NCBI GenBank assembly: GCA_951406725.2
Contig: OX597828.1
Coordinates: forward strand, 2,232,001-2,296,000
Source of the DNA: Octopus vulgaris
Taxonomy: Eukaryota
DNA length: 64,000 nucleotides
Direction of reading: 5' to 3'
Shown here: one piece after another, positions 27,261 to 42,170 of the stretch
Position numbering within the stretch: position 1 is the stretch's first letter
How the letters are laid out: each line of letters opens with the position of its first letter
Made by a program: the position numbers and the translations under genes
Notes under the pieces: generated by a model
The model's input: only the letters and a program-made list of their open reading frames with translations
What the model was told of the DNA's origin: nothing
Database searches by the model: none

Positions 27261-28468
27261 TTCAAAAGCAACACTACTTTTTATGGTTCTATGTTAACTT
27301 CCAACAATCTAAAAGTATTCGTATTTATCGTGGAATTTCCACGAGTATTCTTAGTTACTAATAAATCATAAACACAGACTCTACGTCTCTCTGACATCAC
27401 ACATTGCGGCACAATGTCCATATTCACATTTTCCATTCTATTCTGATCTCTGGTTCTCATCTACCGAGAAAAGCTGATATTTACCGAGACCAACGTAAAT
27501 TTTTGATTTCTGTCTCATTATATGAATACCTTTATACACACGCATGGTCTAAGCAGATATCTCCAATGTCTATTGAGCTGATGATACTGATACCCACTAA
27601 CCGCAACACAAGCACGCGCACACACACTATTCTTTTTGTGTATTCATAGAAAAGTACTACTATTTATCTACTGTATTATATTAAATATCTCCAGCCTTCT
27701 CTGACATGTTCAATACTACCATTTTTGCTTATGAAATCACTCACATATCATTGTTGTTGTTGCTGTTGTGTGTGTCCGCAGGGGTGTCTGTACGTGAAGA
27801 TCATTCAGTAGCTATCGTCTATGCGTCTGATTATTGGTCATCATTTCGAAGCTTGATATTATGAACTTTAAGCAACCTGATGTATTAATATTATTCTTGA
27901 ATCCGTTTACATCTATTTAAATTCTATAATTCATTATATTGTGTGCTATTGTCTTCGGGCATACGTAACTTGCTTGATCTGTGTGTATATATATATATAC
28001 ACACATTCAGAATTAGAGCAAGCAATATCTCCGTCAAGGATTGTTAAAAACAATCCAGAGGTCAACTGGGTTTAACCAAATATATTGGTAAAATGTTCCT
28101 CAATTTATATATATGTATAAACAGTCTGAAGGTAAATATTTTCATTATCTTGGAGCAACAGCGTGTTACGTGAAATAACGTATCGCGAACCATGAAGCCT
28201 CATTTCGAAATATTAATAAACGTAATAGCACAGGCCTTGCTAAATTTGTTTGGAATCTTATAGATAGTAATAAAACCAATAAAATTAGATGGAAAGTTCT
28301 AAATAATGGTCAGTTATTATAGGTATAACTTCTAATTTGCATTACTTTTACAAATAAAATGAACCAAGCATCTTTTTTTATTTTTCTTCATTTTCTTTTA
28401 TATGTTTATATGTGTTTGTGTGTATGTGTGCGACAGTGTGTGTGCGTTCGAGAGAGAGAGAGAGAGAG

Positions 28469-28524
<56 letters not shown>

Positions 28525-28537
28525 CGTGTGTGTGTGC

Positions 28538-28570
<33 letters not shown>

Positions 28571-28669
28571 CGTGTGTGCGTGTGAACAGAACCGGAAAAC
28601 GGAAAACTTCGCAAGAATGTCAACATCTTCCGAAAATTAGTATATATATATATATATATATATATACCT

Positions 28670-30800
28670 ACCTAATACTATAAACAAAAACACCCTACTA
28701 GTATCCTTCGATGTAGTCAACCTCTATTCCAATATCCCCCACAACCTAGGAATAGAGGCAATTCAATTCTGGCTAGAGAATCACGCCAACGAACTCCCAC
28801 ATCGCATCAAAAAAGAATTCGTGATAGAAGGGTTTAAATTCATCCTGGAAAATAACTTCTTCGCCTTCAAAGACAACTTCTACCGACAAAAATCGGGGAC
28901 TGCTATGGATACGCGAATGGCCCCCTCCTTTGCCAACCTAGTCATGGGATATTTAGAAATCAGTCTGTATCGTAAGGTTCTAGAAAGATATGGCAGCCCT
29001 TTCTCCCTCTACATAGAAAACAACTGGAACAGATACCTAGATGACTGTTTCATCCTTTGGCATGAAAATATAGAGAAACTCAAAGAATTCCAAGCAATTT
29101 TAAATGGACTGGACGTAAACATCCAATTCACGATGGAATATAGCCAGCAACAACTCCCCTTCCTCGATATCCTTATTAAGAAATCTAACAATGTAATAGA
29201 AACAGATATATACTATAAGCCTACAGATTCTAAGCAATATCTTCCTTTCAATTCATGCCACCCCAGACACACCAGAATGAACATCCCCTTCAATCTAGCA
29301 AAAAGGATATGCACTATAGTTTCTAATGCAAACACCAGAGACACATGACTACAAGGACTAAAAGATACTCTCATTACCAGGAACTACCCACCTTCACTTA
29401 TTGACATATGCATCCAACGTGCGCTCCAACTCAACATCCAGGAACTCAGACATCCCGAATCAAAGAAAAATTTACGACCAAAACCCTTACCATACATCTC
29501 CACACACAACCCTCTCAACAATGAAGCCTTCGACACCATCCTCCAAAACATACCCCTGCTAAAAAAGACCACAGAATGAACACAATCCTCCAAACACACA
29601 CGATCATAAAAAGCAAGAGACAGCCTAAATCTATGAAAAGTCTCCTAACACAAGCCCGAATACACTCTACAACACAGAAGGCGACAGTAAAAAAAATGTG
29701 GAAGACCCAATTGCGGGATATGCGATTATCTAACTGAAGAATCAGAGTTCTCCTTCAAACAGGGACAACGGTTTACAGTGAAAAGCAACTTCACATGTGC
29801 TTCGGAGAACCTGATATACACACTAACTGCTCTGAGTGTCAAGAGCATTACATAGGCCAAACGAAAAATAGTTTGCGTAAAAGAATGGCCCTGCACAGAT
29901 CCCAGATAAAAATTCTCCAAAACAGAAAAATAACATTCAGCCAACACATAGATACTTGCGCCAACAACAAAACACCAAACTTCAGGATTTTCCCCCTCTA
30001 CCAATTCAGGGACGATACAACCTCGAGCCAACGAATAAGTAAAGAAACTCTCTTTATTACAAAATATAAGCCCCTTCTGAACGGGTCTACAATAAACGAT
30101 ATATACCCCTCTGCTTTAGAATAACACAAATACACACGCAAATATTACATTCCTAAGAATCCACTACAAATCAGCCGCAATCACAGCTATAACCCATAGC
30201 GTGCCAACTTTAAGTCATACAACACCTCACTACTTCCACTCATTCATTTTCTCCCTCCTCTTTCTTCTTCTTCTTGTTTCCCTTCTTCATCATCATCATC
30301 ATCAACATCGTCATCATCATCATCATCATCTTCTTCTTCTTCTTCCTCTTCATCTTCTTCTCCCCCTTCTACTTCCTAACTTTATCACTAATGCTTTTTA
30401 GTATAACACCTACGCAAATTCTATAGACAAACCTTTCAATAGAAATACTCTCATGAACTGCTAGCCGCCACTGACCATTCAAAATACAACAATCAAGGCA
30501 CTCCCAAAATTTCCCCCCCCTTCTCATCATCCTTCTTCTTCTTCCCTACCAAGACTTCACAACGACCTCGAACCCACAAGTGTGAACAAGAGAGACAGAG
30601 CAAGGCAGAAACAAGGAAAATTCCACTTATATTTGAACACTATACAAATATTCCTTTAAAAAAACATTTCTTTTAATTTTTCAAAATTTAATTATTTAAT
30701 CGTTACAGTTGAAAAGGTCTCAAAATGACTGAAACCGGTACTGAAATGTTCTTTATAAAATTATTTTAGCATTTTCTATTTTGACTTATTTTTTCATATA
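28670..30800 (+). mobile_element. Penelope-like element, 5'-truncated (RT, CxxxxCxxC linker, GIY-YIG, 3' repeat)
   Basis: SFDVVNLYSNIP, GTAMDT, RYLDD, LPFLD, KCGRPNCGIC, HYIGQT; highly similar to 51438-52860; between (TA) tracts. Confidence 0.9.
30706..30743 (+). ncRNA. Hammerhead variant (U3-A8) in PLE 3' repeat
   Basis: CAG-UUGAAAA-GGUC(UCAAAAU)GACU-GAAAC(CG)GUA^CUG. Confidence 0.65.
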
Positions 30801-31399
30801 TATATAAACTAAAGCAAGCTTGTATCTGTGCATATATTTTTATGCCGCACGTTACCTCCCAAAACCGCCTACAACTTAACAGTCAGTGTCCGATGGTTCA
30901 GAAGACCGTGTAGGTGAGCCCAGCAAACCAACTTGCTTAGAGAAGAAGAAGCAGTGGTTAAAGAAGTCAAAAGAGTTGAAAATAACAAACAAAACCGTTC
31001 TTGCATTTACTTCTGAAATGTGTAGACTTCTTTTGGTGAGCTCTTCTTTTATTCAGTATAATGGTTTATTTTCTATCTTTATTTATCTCTTTTTTTTTTT
31101 TTTACTGAACTCTTGTTACTTCCGAATTCACGGTACCATTCCGCCTTCTTTGCGTTACCAAGTTCACTATTGTTGTAACCAGTTCAAAACCTTCCACCGT
31201 TCACATTAACCGCCGAAACCAACTTCTCACTCGACACCAAATACTGTGTCAACTGTTCCACACGAATCTTGCCCGGCACCATCTCACATATCGGCTGCAT
31301 CAACTTTCATCACGTCGCCCGTCGCACATCGTCTTCCAGCACGAATTTATTTTTAATTAACCACTTGGGTCAAAACACTGATGGGACAGCACAAGGACA

Positions 31400-32510
31400 T
31401 ACAAAACTTAGAAGAGGGGGGAATAAATCGAATGAAAAATGAAATATGAAAAAATGAAGGATGAAATGGCGACTACTTGCACCCCAATCCAAAGCAGTTG
31501 CATTGAACTTTTAACTACTTACAATTTTCCAAAGTCAAACACTTTTCAAAAATCAATAAACCACGTGCTCCAAGATGTCGTTGCACACCTTTATAGATCG
31601 GCAATGTCCGGCCCGAATTTTTGTTTTAGTTTTCTGAAATTACTTTCATCCACCAGCGCACATTTCACATATGGGGTAGAGACCTCTAAATTTACCTTTA
31701 TGGTAGATTTAATTTTTAATTTCTCTCACTATACCCTTGCCAGTTGCATTGCGGGATTTTGTTAATTTGGTGGATGGAGATTTTATCCCCCCCATCCGCA
31801 TTATAATAGCTGTTACAATTCAGCGAACCTCCACTTTCGGTGGTTTCTCCTCTACCCTTACCTTGGAAGCACGTCTCCCAACGTAAGTTGGGAGGAGCAC
31901 CACATCTGCCGTATTTCTGGAGCTTCACAGAACAATACTTGGCCCTTTCTTCTGTGGCGTACTTGCTTCCTCTGGTAATGTATGAAATGTCGCTCCATAT
32001 GTCCTTCAGACATTTTTCTATTTTTTTCTTTGATGCAATCTCTATCCTTTTCTTTTCCAAATCAAACGCTTTATACACAACTGTTTCTTTTTCCACTCCA
32101 TGACTTACTTCACAACTATTTCGTGCGGTTCTCTTTTTATTAAGTCTTTGAATTTCTTCAACTCTTCCTTACTTATTTGTACCTACCCTCTCGAATTACC
32201 AGCCACTGCTGCAAAACTCGTTCCTCCCTTCACCATGTGGATGCTATTAACGCATCTCAACAGTTCCTCCTCAGAATACTCTATGTTGGAATACAATTGT
32301 ACAATAACACAACGCTCTCCCCCTCAAACCAGGGGGAAACGGTAACAAATCCACCAAAAAACAGACAAAACAAAATGTTCACGCAAAAACTTTTCAACAA
32401 TATATTCAACAATATTCAACCATGAAAAATAACACTAACCGTTGGGGACAACCTTTTACATTGTGGAACTAGTACGAACTTCCAGCGCGAACTCTCTCAT
32501 CACGTGGGCA
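31400..32510 (-). mobile_element. Tx1-like element 5' portion (ORF1 remnant)
   Basis: IEKCLKDIWSDISYITRGSKY (31716-32096) parallels LEIALRSISTSKTYVTRGTRF (about 4950-5010) and AEKCLRSI*AFKDYITR (about 48505-48555). Confidence 0.55.
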
Positions 32511-34915
32511 ATAGTAGTCTTTATACTTCATCCACACCGTAAAAGCTTGCCAAAATCATTACGCTTTAAATAATTACGTGACCACTGTTTTTGTTTTTTC
32601 GTCTTCGCTTGCAAAACCAGAGAGTGGTGTTCTAATTTGCGTCGTACGAATGAGAAATTATCTGAATTTTTTTTTTTCGTTCATAACAATAATCTTGTTA
32701 TCAGTCAGTTCCCTGACCAAGTGCAGAATGCCTGTCGATTCTCTCAATAAGAAATCCAAGGTACTGGATGTATTCCAGACTAAAACTTAGATTAAGAAAT
32801 AACACCATGCATGTGTATGGGTGGATGTCACGGTTAAGCTTCGTTTATTTTTTCTTTTGCTTGCTTTTATTTAAATATAAACCAGGAGCGAACTGAGAGT
32901 ATAAGTGCCATCGGGCATAACTGTTTACCGGACCCCTTTGAATTTGTGTTTTAGTAGAGTTATCATTAGGATGCTGGCCCCTCAGAGCTCCGGGCCCTCG
33001 GGCAGTGCCCGATTGACCGATGGCTCAGTCGGCCACTGTTATAAACCCTTAACTTACTTCATCCATTTACTCCTTCGAAACGCTTAATGTACCCCTTCAA
33101 CAATGTCGGCAAACGTTTAGCTGCTTTTTTTCTCTTGTTATGTTGTCTATTACGTTTCGATGAATGTATTATCTGATCATCTTCACATTTAGACCCTAAC
33201 AACGGATAGAACTTACATAAAACAACTGGGATAAAATCTCAAATATCCTAACACTTTATTTGGTGAGCTCCTCCTTGAAGTTCTCAGCCTTACAAGGGTA
33301 TTTTTAATGTGTTTCATGCTGGCTAAAATTATAAAAAATACTTCACTCGGCACTTCAATCTATCAAATAGTACATTTCTCCTATTTGGCATCTTTCTGCC
33401 GGAATATGTATTCATACCTAACTGAATTATGCCATGGGGAGTTAAGTACCGTTACTGGCTCGCTATCACCTACAATTATAACATTAATTAATTGTCGCTA
33501 TTTGAGTTTGATCAGGTTAAATATTTTATAATTACTAGTACTGAAATATATCCTTTCAAATAAATTTTAATGAGTTTTTGGAGATAAAGTAGCACAAATC
33601 TTAACTCAATCTGTCTATCGGTTAAATGGTCGAGTAATTCACAATGAATGACTAAATTAAGGGAGTTGTGTACTGATACCGTACGCATACGCGCGCGCAT
33701 TCACACGCACGCACACACAGAAAATCGGAATTAATTCTTCAAATTTCCTTCATAGCTGGAGAAGGAATCCACAGACATTGCACAAAATATTATCAATTCT
33801 CAAATGAAAGAGGAAATAACTTCAAGAAATTAAGAATTTATTGTTTAAAGTTACTTTTACACACAAGCATAAGGAGAAAGTAAGATTTTTTTGTTGTTTT
33901 TTTCGTTTGCAGGCAAGACGTAATTCTGGACACGTATTAGTGTATTAGGCCTTATCAACATATAGTTTATTCAGGCTTGCTTGAACAGTTGACAAAGAAT
34001 TTTACAAAAAGAAATAGAGTTAGGATTTAATTTTTGGCTATCGTAATTTGCATAATTAAAAAGAGTAATTAAAGAAAATAACTGAAATGGCAATACGTTT
34101 TAATTAATAAGGAGTGATGAACTGAATGCGAAGGTCTTGAAGACAACAAATATTTGTGTTACTTTCAATGAATTCCTTGACTTGGTTGTATTGCCGTTTC
34201 AAGGTCATTGTGAGTTGAAAATAAAAAGAAGCTCTCGACATTTACATTTTTTAGTGTGTGTCATCAGAAGGATTCATCTCTACTAGCAGCCAGGAGATGC
34301 AGGCGACACTGTCAACAGAAAAAAAACCAGCCGTCAGATGTTGGCACATTGTCTAAGTGTCTGGAAGTGTTAATTGCTGCAATGGAATGTGTAAAATGCT
34401 TGACCAAAAATATAAATGTACTTTTGGCATAATTCCTTTGAGGGGGGGCTAACAGGAAATTATAGAAATGAAAATTCAGAATGTCTTGTGCCACTGCTTA
34501 AAAATGCTGTTAGCTACACAGGAAAAGAATTGAAAATCCAGTCTGTACCAGCCTCGTAAAAGTCTATTTCTACTTGTAGTATTAGAAAGGGACAGGGAAA
34601 GGATATATAAAGTCGATTCATACGCTCTGTATTGTTCATTAAGTCAACTTAAAAATGACATAAAATTTTCACGAATTCAATCTTCTAAATGTAGGCGAAT
34701 GTTTAATGTAAAGAATACTGATGTGTGACGTTAGTGGAGTGTCAAGTGCTGATATTTACTAAGAGAAAACATAATGATTGTTTGCTTAAAGCTCTTATAC
34801 AAACATCATACAAAATCATTGGCTAACCTCTGAAATCTTGGACTGAAACAGACCACAGACAAGCAACATCATTCACATACATACATACATACATACATAC
34901 ATGTATGTGTGTGGA

Positions 34916-34951
<36 letters not shown>

Positions 34952-35606
34952 CTACTGTTCAATGTAGAAAAAATTCCGAATTATACAAAAAAATGTTGAA
35001 CTGCATTAGAAGTATAAAATCTTAAATTGCTAAATGAATTAAAGAAAAGTTTTTAACTTCAAATATTAAATTTATATTATTTCTCCTATTTTTCAGTATA
35101 AAATCAACAATGCAAATCTATTTGATTTATTCGGATTCGAGATATAATTACAAACACACTTTCACTAGAATGTAATTTTCTTTCTAATGCTGGAAATTAT
35201 AAAATCTAATATGAAAACCTTAGAAAAAAATTCTTTTTTTGGTGAATGGAGTGCATCATAATTATAAATATAATATAGTAGTAGATATATTTCTGCTGTA
35301 CAGCGACTTAATTTCGAGATTGGGACGTGTTGCTTTGAATTCATTTACCACACCAATACCCTGAGAACATCACACCATGCTTTTTATTATTATTTTAAAA
35401 CAGCGAAACTATGCGAGAAATCCAATAAGTAACAAATGGAGCTGCACACTTTAACCGGGTGAGTTGAGGTGCTCACAGACTGTAATTTGAAAAATGTGTT
35501 GGAACGGTGAAAAATCATATCAAAAGTAGATTTTCTTTAATTTTTCACCCTGCTTTTATTGCTTCAGTTACTAAAATGTTTTTGAACTATCGTTAATACA
35601 TATATA

Positions 35607-36180
35607 CAGGATGTCTCAAAATTAAAGCAACCAACTTTTTTCAATTTGCCAAAGCAAAATTTTGTTATATTTCGGGTTTCAGCGTTGCAATGCGATGGTA
35701 AAGGAAACATAACTATGACACTACCACATTTATCCGCTTTTTCGAAATACAGCCTTAAGTCTAGGTGCGAATTCTTCACACGCAGCACACAGCTGTTCTT
35801 GCGGAATCGAAGCCCATTCCTGGTGAAATGTTGCCTTCAAAGCGTCGAACGAAGCATGTGAAGTACTCGAGACCCTTGTCTCCAAAATGAACCAAACAAA
35901 AATCCAACGGGTAGAGACAGGGGCTTCTTGAGGGTCATACAACCTTACCTATGAGCGACGGAATATTTTTCTGAATCTTGTGTTTTGGATGGTGCCGAGT
36001 CCTGTTGGACGCTCCAATCTGCACCTTGAAAGTGCTCATTCGCCTATGGAAGCAGTTGAGCTTCCAGAATGTCGCTAATGTATCGTTGGGTGTTAACACA
36101 GAAACGAGGAGAGATCTTCCAGTGGCTGTCACAGCCGCCCAAACCATAAATGACTGGATTTTAACGTTGATCCATTCAAC
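35607..36180 (-). mobile_element. Tc1/mariner superfamily (maT/DD37D-like) 3' fragment
   Basis: SFMVWAAVTATGRS, QQDSAPS, LKATFHQEWASIPQEQLCAACEEFAPRLKAV; TA followed by CAGGATGTCTCAAAATT terminus. Confidence 0.7.
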
Positions 36181-36184
36181 GGAA

Positions 36185-36460
36185 CAGCCTTCTCGTGGAA
36201 TTAATGTGCATGTGGCTGAGCACTTCACAGACACGTGTACCCTTAACGTAGTTCTCGGGGAGATTCAGCGTGACAGAGAGTGTAACAAGGCTAGCCCTTT
36301 GAAATACAGGTACCAGAGAAACAGGAAGAAAGATTGAGAGAACATTCTGTTTCGGCTACATCCCCCTACCGGTGCTCGTGGAGCTTTAAGTGTTTTCGCT
36401 CAATGAACGCTCACAACGCCCACGAGTCCAGTCCGCTGCCCTAACCACTGGGCCATTGCA
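36185..36460 (-). mobile_element. tRNA-derived SINE, internally deleted
   Basis: Minus-strand head with A box TGGCCCAGTGG-TTAGGGCAG. Confidence 0.55.
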
Positions 36461-36486
36461 CCACACACACACACAACATATGTATG

Positions 36487-36554
<68 letters not shown>

Positions 36555-36559
36555 AATAT

Positions 36560-37493
36560 GTTACAAAAAGAAAATAGAAACTACACGTGGAAATGTAAGG
36601 GGAAAGTAAGAAAAATCAACGAAAATGCACTTTGTAAATAAAAAAAGAAAAGGCTTTTTATGAAAGGTAACGACAGATGTATACAATTAGATGGACTGGG
36701 GTAGTAATAAAAGTCATTATTATGAGATTATTGAAGAGATTCAAGCATACCGTGGTTTCGTAAGACTATTCATTGCTTTGAATGAACACCGGCTAATGAA
36801 CGGTGTCAGGTCTAATAGTTCCTGAGTAAAAAGATTATTTGTAAGGGAGGTAAGTAGCTCTGGATTTTTTGCAGTTAGGTTAGATATAGAATTGTAATGT
36901 GAATGATGTAAGGAATGTATGGTGGTTAGTGGTATTAATTGAAAGGTAAGTAGTGTTCTGTATTATGTTATGTGTTTATATTTATTGATGAAAATTGCCT
37001 CTTTATTCAATCTTTGTTGCTTTGAGGTGTTCTGTGAACATTGATAGAAGGGTAAAATTTGGAAATTAGGATTAAGATTCCTAGCACACCTCTCTATGTG
37101 TTCACTAACCTGTAGCTGTCTGTATTGTGGGTGGCGGATTTGTTCTTTGTGGATGGTGGTTCTTCGACGGAGTGATAATCCTGTTTGTCCAATATAGTGG
37201 TAACCACATCCTAAGTATGTTATGGCATAGATTAGATTTTCCGAGGCACAGGTGAAATTTGATTTGATCTTAAATATTTCACCTTGTTTGAAGTGGAATT
37301 CTGAACCCACCAAAAGGTGGGGGCATGTACCACAGTTAGGCTGACCACATTTTTCCACTTTTGGCTCTGTTGTTAGTGGATATAGTCTTGCGCTGGTTAA
37401 TATTTTTTTCGGTGACTTCGGTTGCATTTTGCTATGCAACCGAAGTCACTGAAAAAAATGTTAACCAGCGCAAGACTATGTCCACTAACAACA
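36560..37493 (-). mobile_element. Penelope-like element 3' fragment (GIY-YIG) with terminal fold-back
   Basis: ORF 36963-37439 KCGQPNCGTC...NLIYAIT...HYIGQT; hairpin 37368-37427/37434-37493. Confidence 0.85.
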
Positions 37494-37589
37494 CTAAATC
37501 TTTAACACAGAACTTTGGCGTTGCTTGTAGTAGTAGTGCATCTCTTCTTTGTTCCTGACTAAAAATAGAGTTACCCTTTATTGACATTT

Positions 37590-38125
37590 GAAATGGACAA
37601 CTGAAAATTTCATACTCGCGTTGCAATGCTTTCCTTTTTTAAAAAAGGAGAAATGCTGCAAAGACTTGCAAAAACATTTGGGAAGTTGATGATGCTGTAG
37701 GGGAATCAACTGTTCGCCGATGGCTTGCAAACTTTAAAACTGGGGAGTTTAGCTTGGAAGATGACAATCGCAGCGGAAGACCTCCAATATTGAATGAAAA
37801 TGTTTTGAAGGCAAAAATCGAGGAAACTCAAATATCACGACTAGAGAACTTGCAGAGGAGTTGGACGTTTCTAATAGTACAGCTCATGAACACCTAGTGA
37901 AGCTAGGATACATTTCTCGCTATAATGTATAGGTACTTCACAAACTCTCAGAAAATAACTGCTTGGACCGGTATACCATTTGTGATATGCATTTGAAACG
38001 GATGAAAAATGGATTGTGTACGAAAACGTAGTGCGAATAAATCCTGGAGTTTGCGTAAGGATCCCCCAAAATAGCAACCAAAGACGAATATCCATGTCAG
38101 CAAAATCTATGATTTATGTTTGGTA
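37590..38125 (+). mobile_element. Mariner (Mos1-like) relic
   Basis: AVGESTVRRWLANFKTGEFSLEDDNRSGRP, TTRELAEELDVSNSTAHEHL, DEKWIVYEN. Confidence 0.8.
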
Positions 38126-38139
38126 TATATATATATATA

Positions 38140-38278
38140 CACGGCAGGCTTCTTTCCGTTTCCGCCTACCAAATCGAGGCTATAGTACAGTTGCCCAAGG
38201 TGCCACGCGGTGGGAGTGAATCCAGAACTATGTGATTGATAAGGAAACCTCTTACCACACAGCCACGCCTGCGCCTAA
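38140..38278 (-). mobile_element. tRNA-derived SINE fragment (related fragment at about 50035-50110)
   Basis: Minus-strand AGGCGCAGGCGTGGCTGTGTGGTAAG head followed by CCTTGGGCAA. Confidence 0.6.
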
Positions 38279-39407
38279 CACAGTCACACCTTCACAAAGC
38301 AGTAATTGTTTCTGACTTGTACACAAATTCATACATATACACATGGAAGCCCGACAGAAAAGACTTCGTCCATGGTAATGAACACGGATCAGAGTAATGT
38401 TCGACAATTTAAAGATATTTGACGATCAAATATTATTTCTTCAGTCAATAGGTGAACACGGTCGATCAGTTCGATTAATGAATCAAATTACTTTTATTCC
38501 TCTAACTCCAACAGAAAGTAAGGAAAATTAATTATTTTAATTTTCAGAAATGCACTGACTTTATAGACATTTAATAATTTGAGTCAGTGACTTAGTTTCG
38601 ATTCTTGATTGGATCCTCAACACTTAAGTCTCGTTTCTGAGAATTATATATTAAGCAGTATCTCAAAAGAAGATTGGCTCTACTTGAATGATTTTATCAT
38701 ATATTATACAACAGAGGTTTCTATAAGGCCGTGCAATTTTTATTTATAAGTAGCAATTACGAATTTTAAAACATTGTTTTGCAATTACTAAGTTTAAACT
38801 ATAAATTCTGCTTCTGCCAAGGAACATTTTCCAGCAACTATGGCTACACATCAATAAGTAAACTATTAACAGTCTACCAAAATTAGATGGTGTCCCGGCT
38901 ATCTTCTGGAGTGTCATCGCTCTAAAGAGTGGGTAAAATAAAGGATTTAAAATAAAAATGAATTTTAAAAAGTTTGAAGAATTTGTTTATCATAGATTTG
39001 GCCAAGTTGCGAGATGACTCGTGGAAACGGTTCAAGCTGGCAGACGTTTCCGCTTGTGTGCCAAGAGTAGCAGCATAGTTGTAGTGAGATAGAAAAGAGC
39101 TAACAAGAGTGAGTTTATGTTTGCTCGATCCATTGGAAAAGGAGCCACATTTCTCTAAAAGCATGGAAGAACACACTGAATACTGTAATTCCGAAAATGT
39201 AATGGGATTGTCATGGCTGGAATGTTTTGATCATATATCAGAGCTAACAAAAGACTAAACAACGACAGTAGAAGCAGCTTGAGAGAGGGGGAGAGAAAGA
39301 TCTTTACCTTTAAGGTGAACGAGAAGCATAGTTTGGAAAAATCGGGTTCTACATATAATTATAATACAATTATAATATAATTGTAATATAATTATATCAT
39401 AATATAA

Positions 39408-39726
39408 TCTATATCTATAAAACAGTCCTTGAACGAAAATTGTATGCACATGTTGCTTTGACGGTTAATGGCGACCAAACCGAGGCTAGGATCGAGATGA
39501 AAATTGACAGGGATATTAAATGCATGATGAGGATGAGACCCGCGATGGTTAAAATTTGCAAGCTATAAAGATGTGGTTGCTATGGCAAAAAGAGTGGTTT
39601 TTATCGATTCAAGGGGGCCCAGAGCCCCTCTAGGTTTGTGCGATTGGCTTTTAATGCCCGGCGGCATGCACCGCAAGCTGTTGTGCTTAATAAACATACA
39701 TTTCGTCGCGAAATTCCGGCTACTAG
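39408..39726 (+). mobile_element. Possible non-autonomous Helitron-like element
   Basis: A|TCTATATCTATAAAA start, CTAG end, GC-richer than flanks; 3' hairpin not convincing. Confidence 0.3.
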
Positions 39727-40844
39727 GAAACGATTTTTCATTGTGAAAAGACGAGTGCTTTTTGCCCTCATTTTCTCTTTGATCTTTTTATAAAAGTGAA
39801 AGGATTTCGTCTATTTATTTCTGCAGTCCACTTACGACGGTGATTCAGTTGACTAGGAAAACTATACGTGAAGAATATCCAATACCAAACTATCTTAATC
39901 TACATATTGAAACCGCATTAAACTTTGGCAAGCTTACCTTTACCTAGTCGGAGTTACTTGAAAGGTGATGTTCCCTTCCCTCTTTTCTGATTGTTGATAC
40001 CTTTGATACCGTTGTTTCACTTTAAGGATGCTTCTTTACCCAGCCATTATGATATTTCCACTGCTGTCCATTGTTTCAAATAGGTTTTAGCACTGTCATT
40101 CAAGCCTTTTTTAAACAATCACTTATGATTCGTCTCAAAGAATCAATCTTTGAATAAGAGTTTTGCTCCACTAGCGAAAGCTATACGTATCTTTCAGAAA
40201 GCTCTATAACAATTTAACTTTATGTAGCATCCGCTGTTAGTATATGCGCAGTCTTTGTGTTTAAGACAGAATAAAGGGGCTTTTGTTAGCTTATCTCTCC
40301 GAAAAAATTAGCTCCCTTTGCTGTTGAAAAAAATAAATTCGTAGGGGTGGGGGAGTTTCATCATCTTCCTTCAATTTCCTTACACCATTTATGTGGCTGT
40401 TTCTGACAAGAAATTTCGCTTTGATGTAAAACAACTATATTTTGTAGTCATTATCTGTAATCTACTCCTAAAACACTTCAGTAGCTCTACTTTGCATCGC
40501 TTGCAAACTTATATGCTCTATGATAATCAAAGTGCAACGACATTCACAATAACCAGCCTTCAATTTGATTTCCCATTCCTAGGTTAATCGGAAACAGATT
40601 GCCATGCTACACATAAACCTTCTCGGTAGTTCAATTATTTGGTGAAAAATATACCACGAAAGCAACTTAAACAGTCCAAAGGACGTGTACGTTTGCTAGT
40701 TATATTATAATTATAATTATAATATAATTTTTTAAAGCGTATCATAAATATATACAAGGAATCTTTACATTAGGAATCTCCAAAATCAATACCTGTTGAA
40801 ATTTATTTTGTGAAGTTATGTGTAGTACTTAATATTGATTTTAA

Positions 40845-41040
40845 ATTTTGGCACAAGGTCAGAAATGCTGAGGGAGGGTGTAAGTAGATTACGACAACCC
40901 CAGTGCATAACTGGTACTTATTTTATCAACTCCGAAAGGATGAAAGGCAATGTCGACCTTGGCCGATTATGAACACAGAACGTAAAGACGAACGAAACAG
41001 CACCATGCATCATCGCCGGCGTGCTAACGATTCTGCGGCT
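40845..41040 (-). mobile_element. Degraded SINE of the 58664-59056 family
   Basis: CTGGTACTTATTTTATCAACTCCGAAAGGATGAAAGGCAA core. Confidence 0.75.
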
Positions 41041-42082
41041 GACACATTGAAAGGAATAAAAAAAGTGTGCCTTTCAGTTATCCACAAGTATATATTAAGC
41101 TGTTAAATCAGGAAGTGTTATCCCTCAGTCCATAACACTGCTTACACTAACAATTGCAGAAGTAGGAGAAAGTAACAGCAGCGATATTTTTTAAATACTT
41201 TTTAATGTTCTTTTTTATTCTAGTTATTTTTTTTTATTTAACAGTATATTTTCAAGAAGTAATTATTCTAAAAACGTTACAGCATCTCTGAAGAACTTTA
41301 ACGTTTTACTTATTTATCTACATATCGATATAAGGGAAGAGCAATAAAGCAGGTGAAACGCAAATCTATCTCTGGAACCAAACTATAAACACTATAGACA
41401 TACTACAAAAATTCGCAATTTCTTTTGTAATGGAATGCCTGAAGCCATTTCTTTGAACTATTATTGTTCAGACAATTCTAAAGAACTTCAGTTATTGCAT
41501 TCACTAGATTATAAGAACTTACGTTATAAGAACTTAACGAACTTACCAAATATTCCTCAGGCAGAAGATTAAGCGACGAAAGTTAGCAAAAGAAATTCAA
41601 CGCGATCTCCTGTCTTTGGATTTTAACAGAAGGAACAGTATGAAAATTTACGCCCAATGCTCACGATATCATTGGCATCGTGTTTATATCACAGTGGAAA
41701 TTACTTTTATGCTATAAAATATCATATTACTACATTGTTCATTATATCCTGGAAACATATATCACACACCTGTTGGCTGTTTACTAGACCGTCGATCCGG
41801 TGTGAGATACATTCGTGGTAATCCTCGTGATAGTACCCAAATCATGCATAGTAACTCAAGCGTACGTACTTAGACAATATGAATTTATATGTGTGTGTTG
41901 TATATTTTCACATATATATCGTATAAACATATGCACACTCACACGCAGACACAAATACAATTAAACACACACATATTTATATATGTGTGAACGTGTGTGG
42001 GGGAGCACATTTAAATACAAAATGCATACAATCGTACGTATATAAATGCATACAAACACATCTGTACATGCATGTATATCTA

Positions 42083-42170
<88 letters not shown>

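Noticed and set aside
29346-29348. TGA in the plus-strand PLE as selenocysteine
   Set aside because: Aligns with Arg (TRHTRLQ in the intact copy), consistent with CGA to TGA CpG decay
41300-41850. Possible endogenous viral or transposase relic
   Set aside because: Only short frames, no diagnostic motif recognisable
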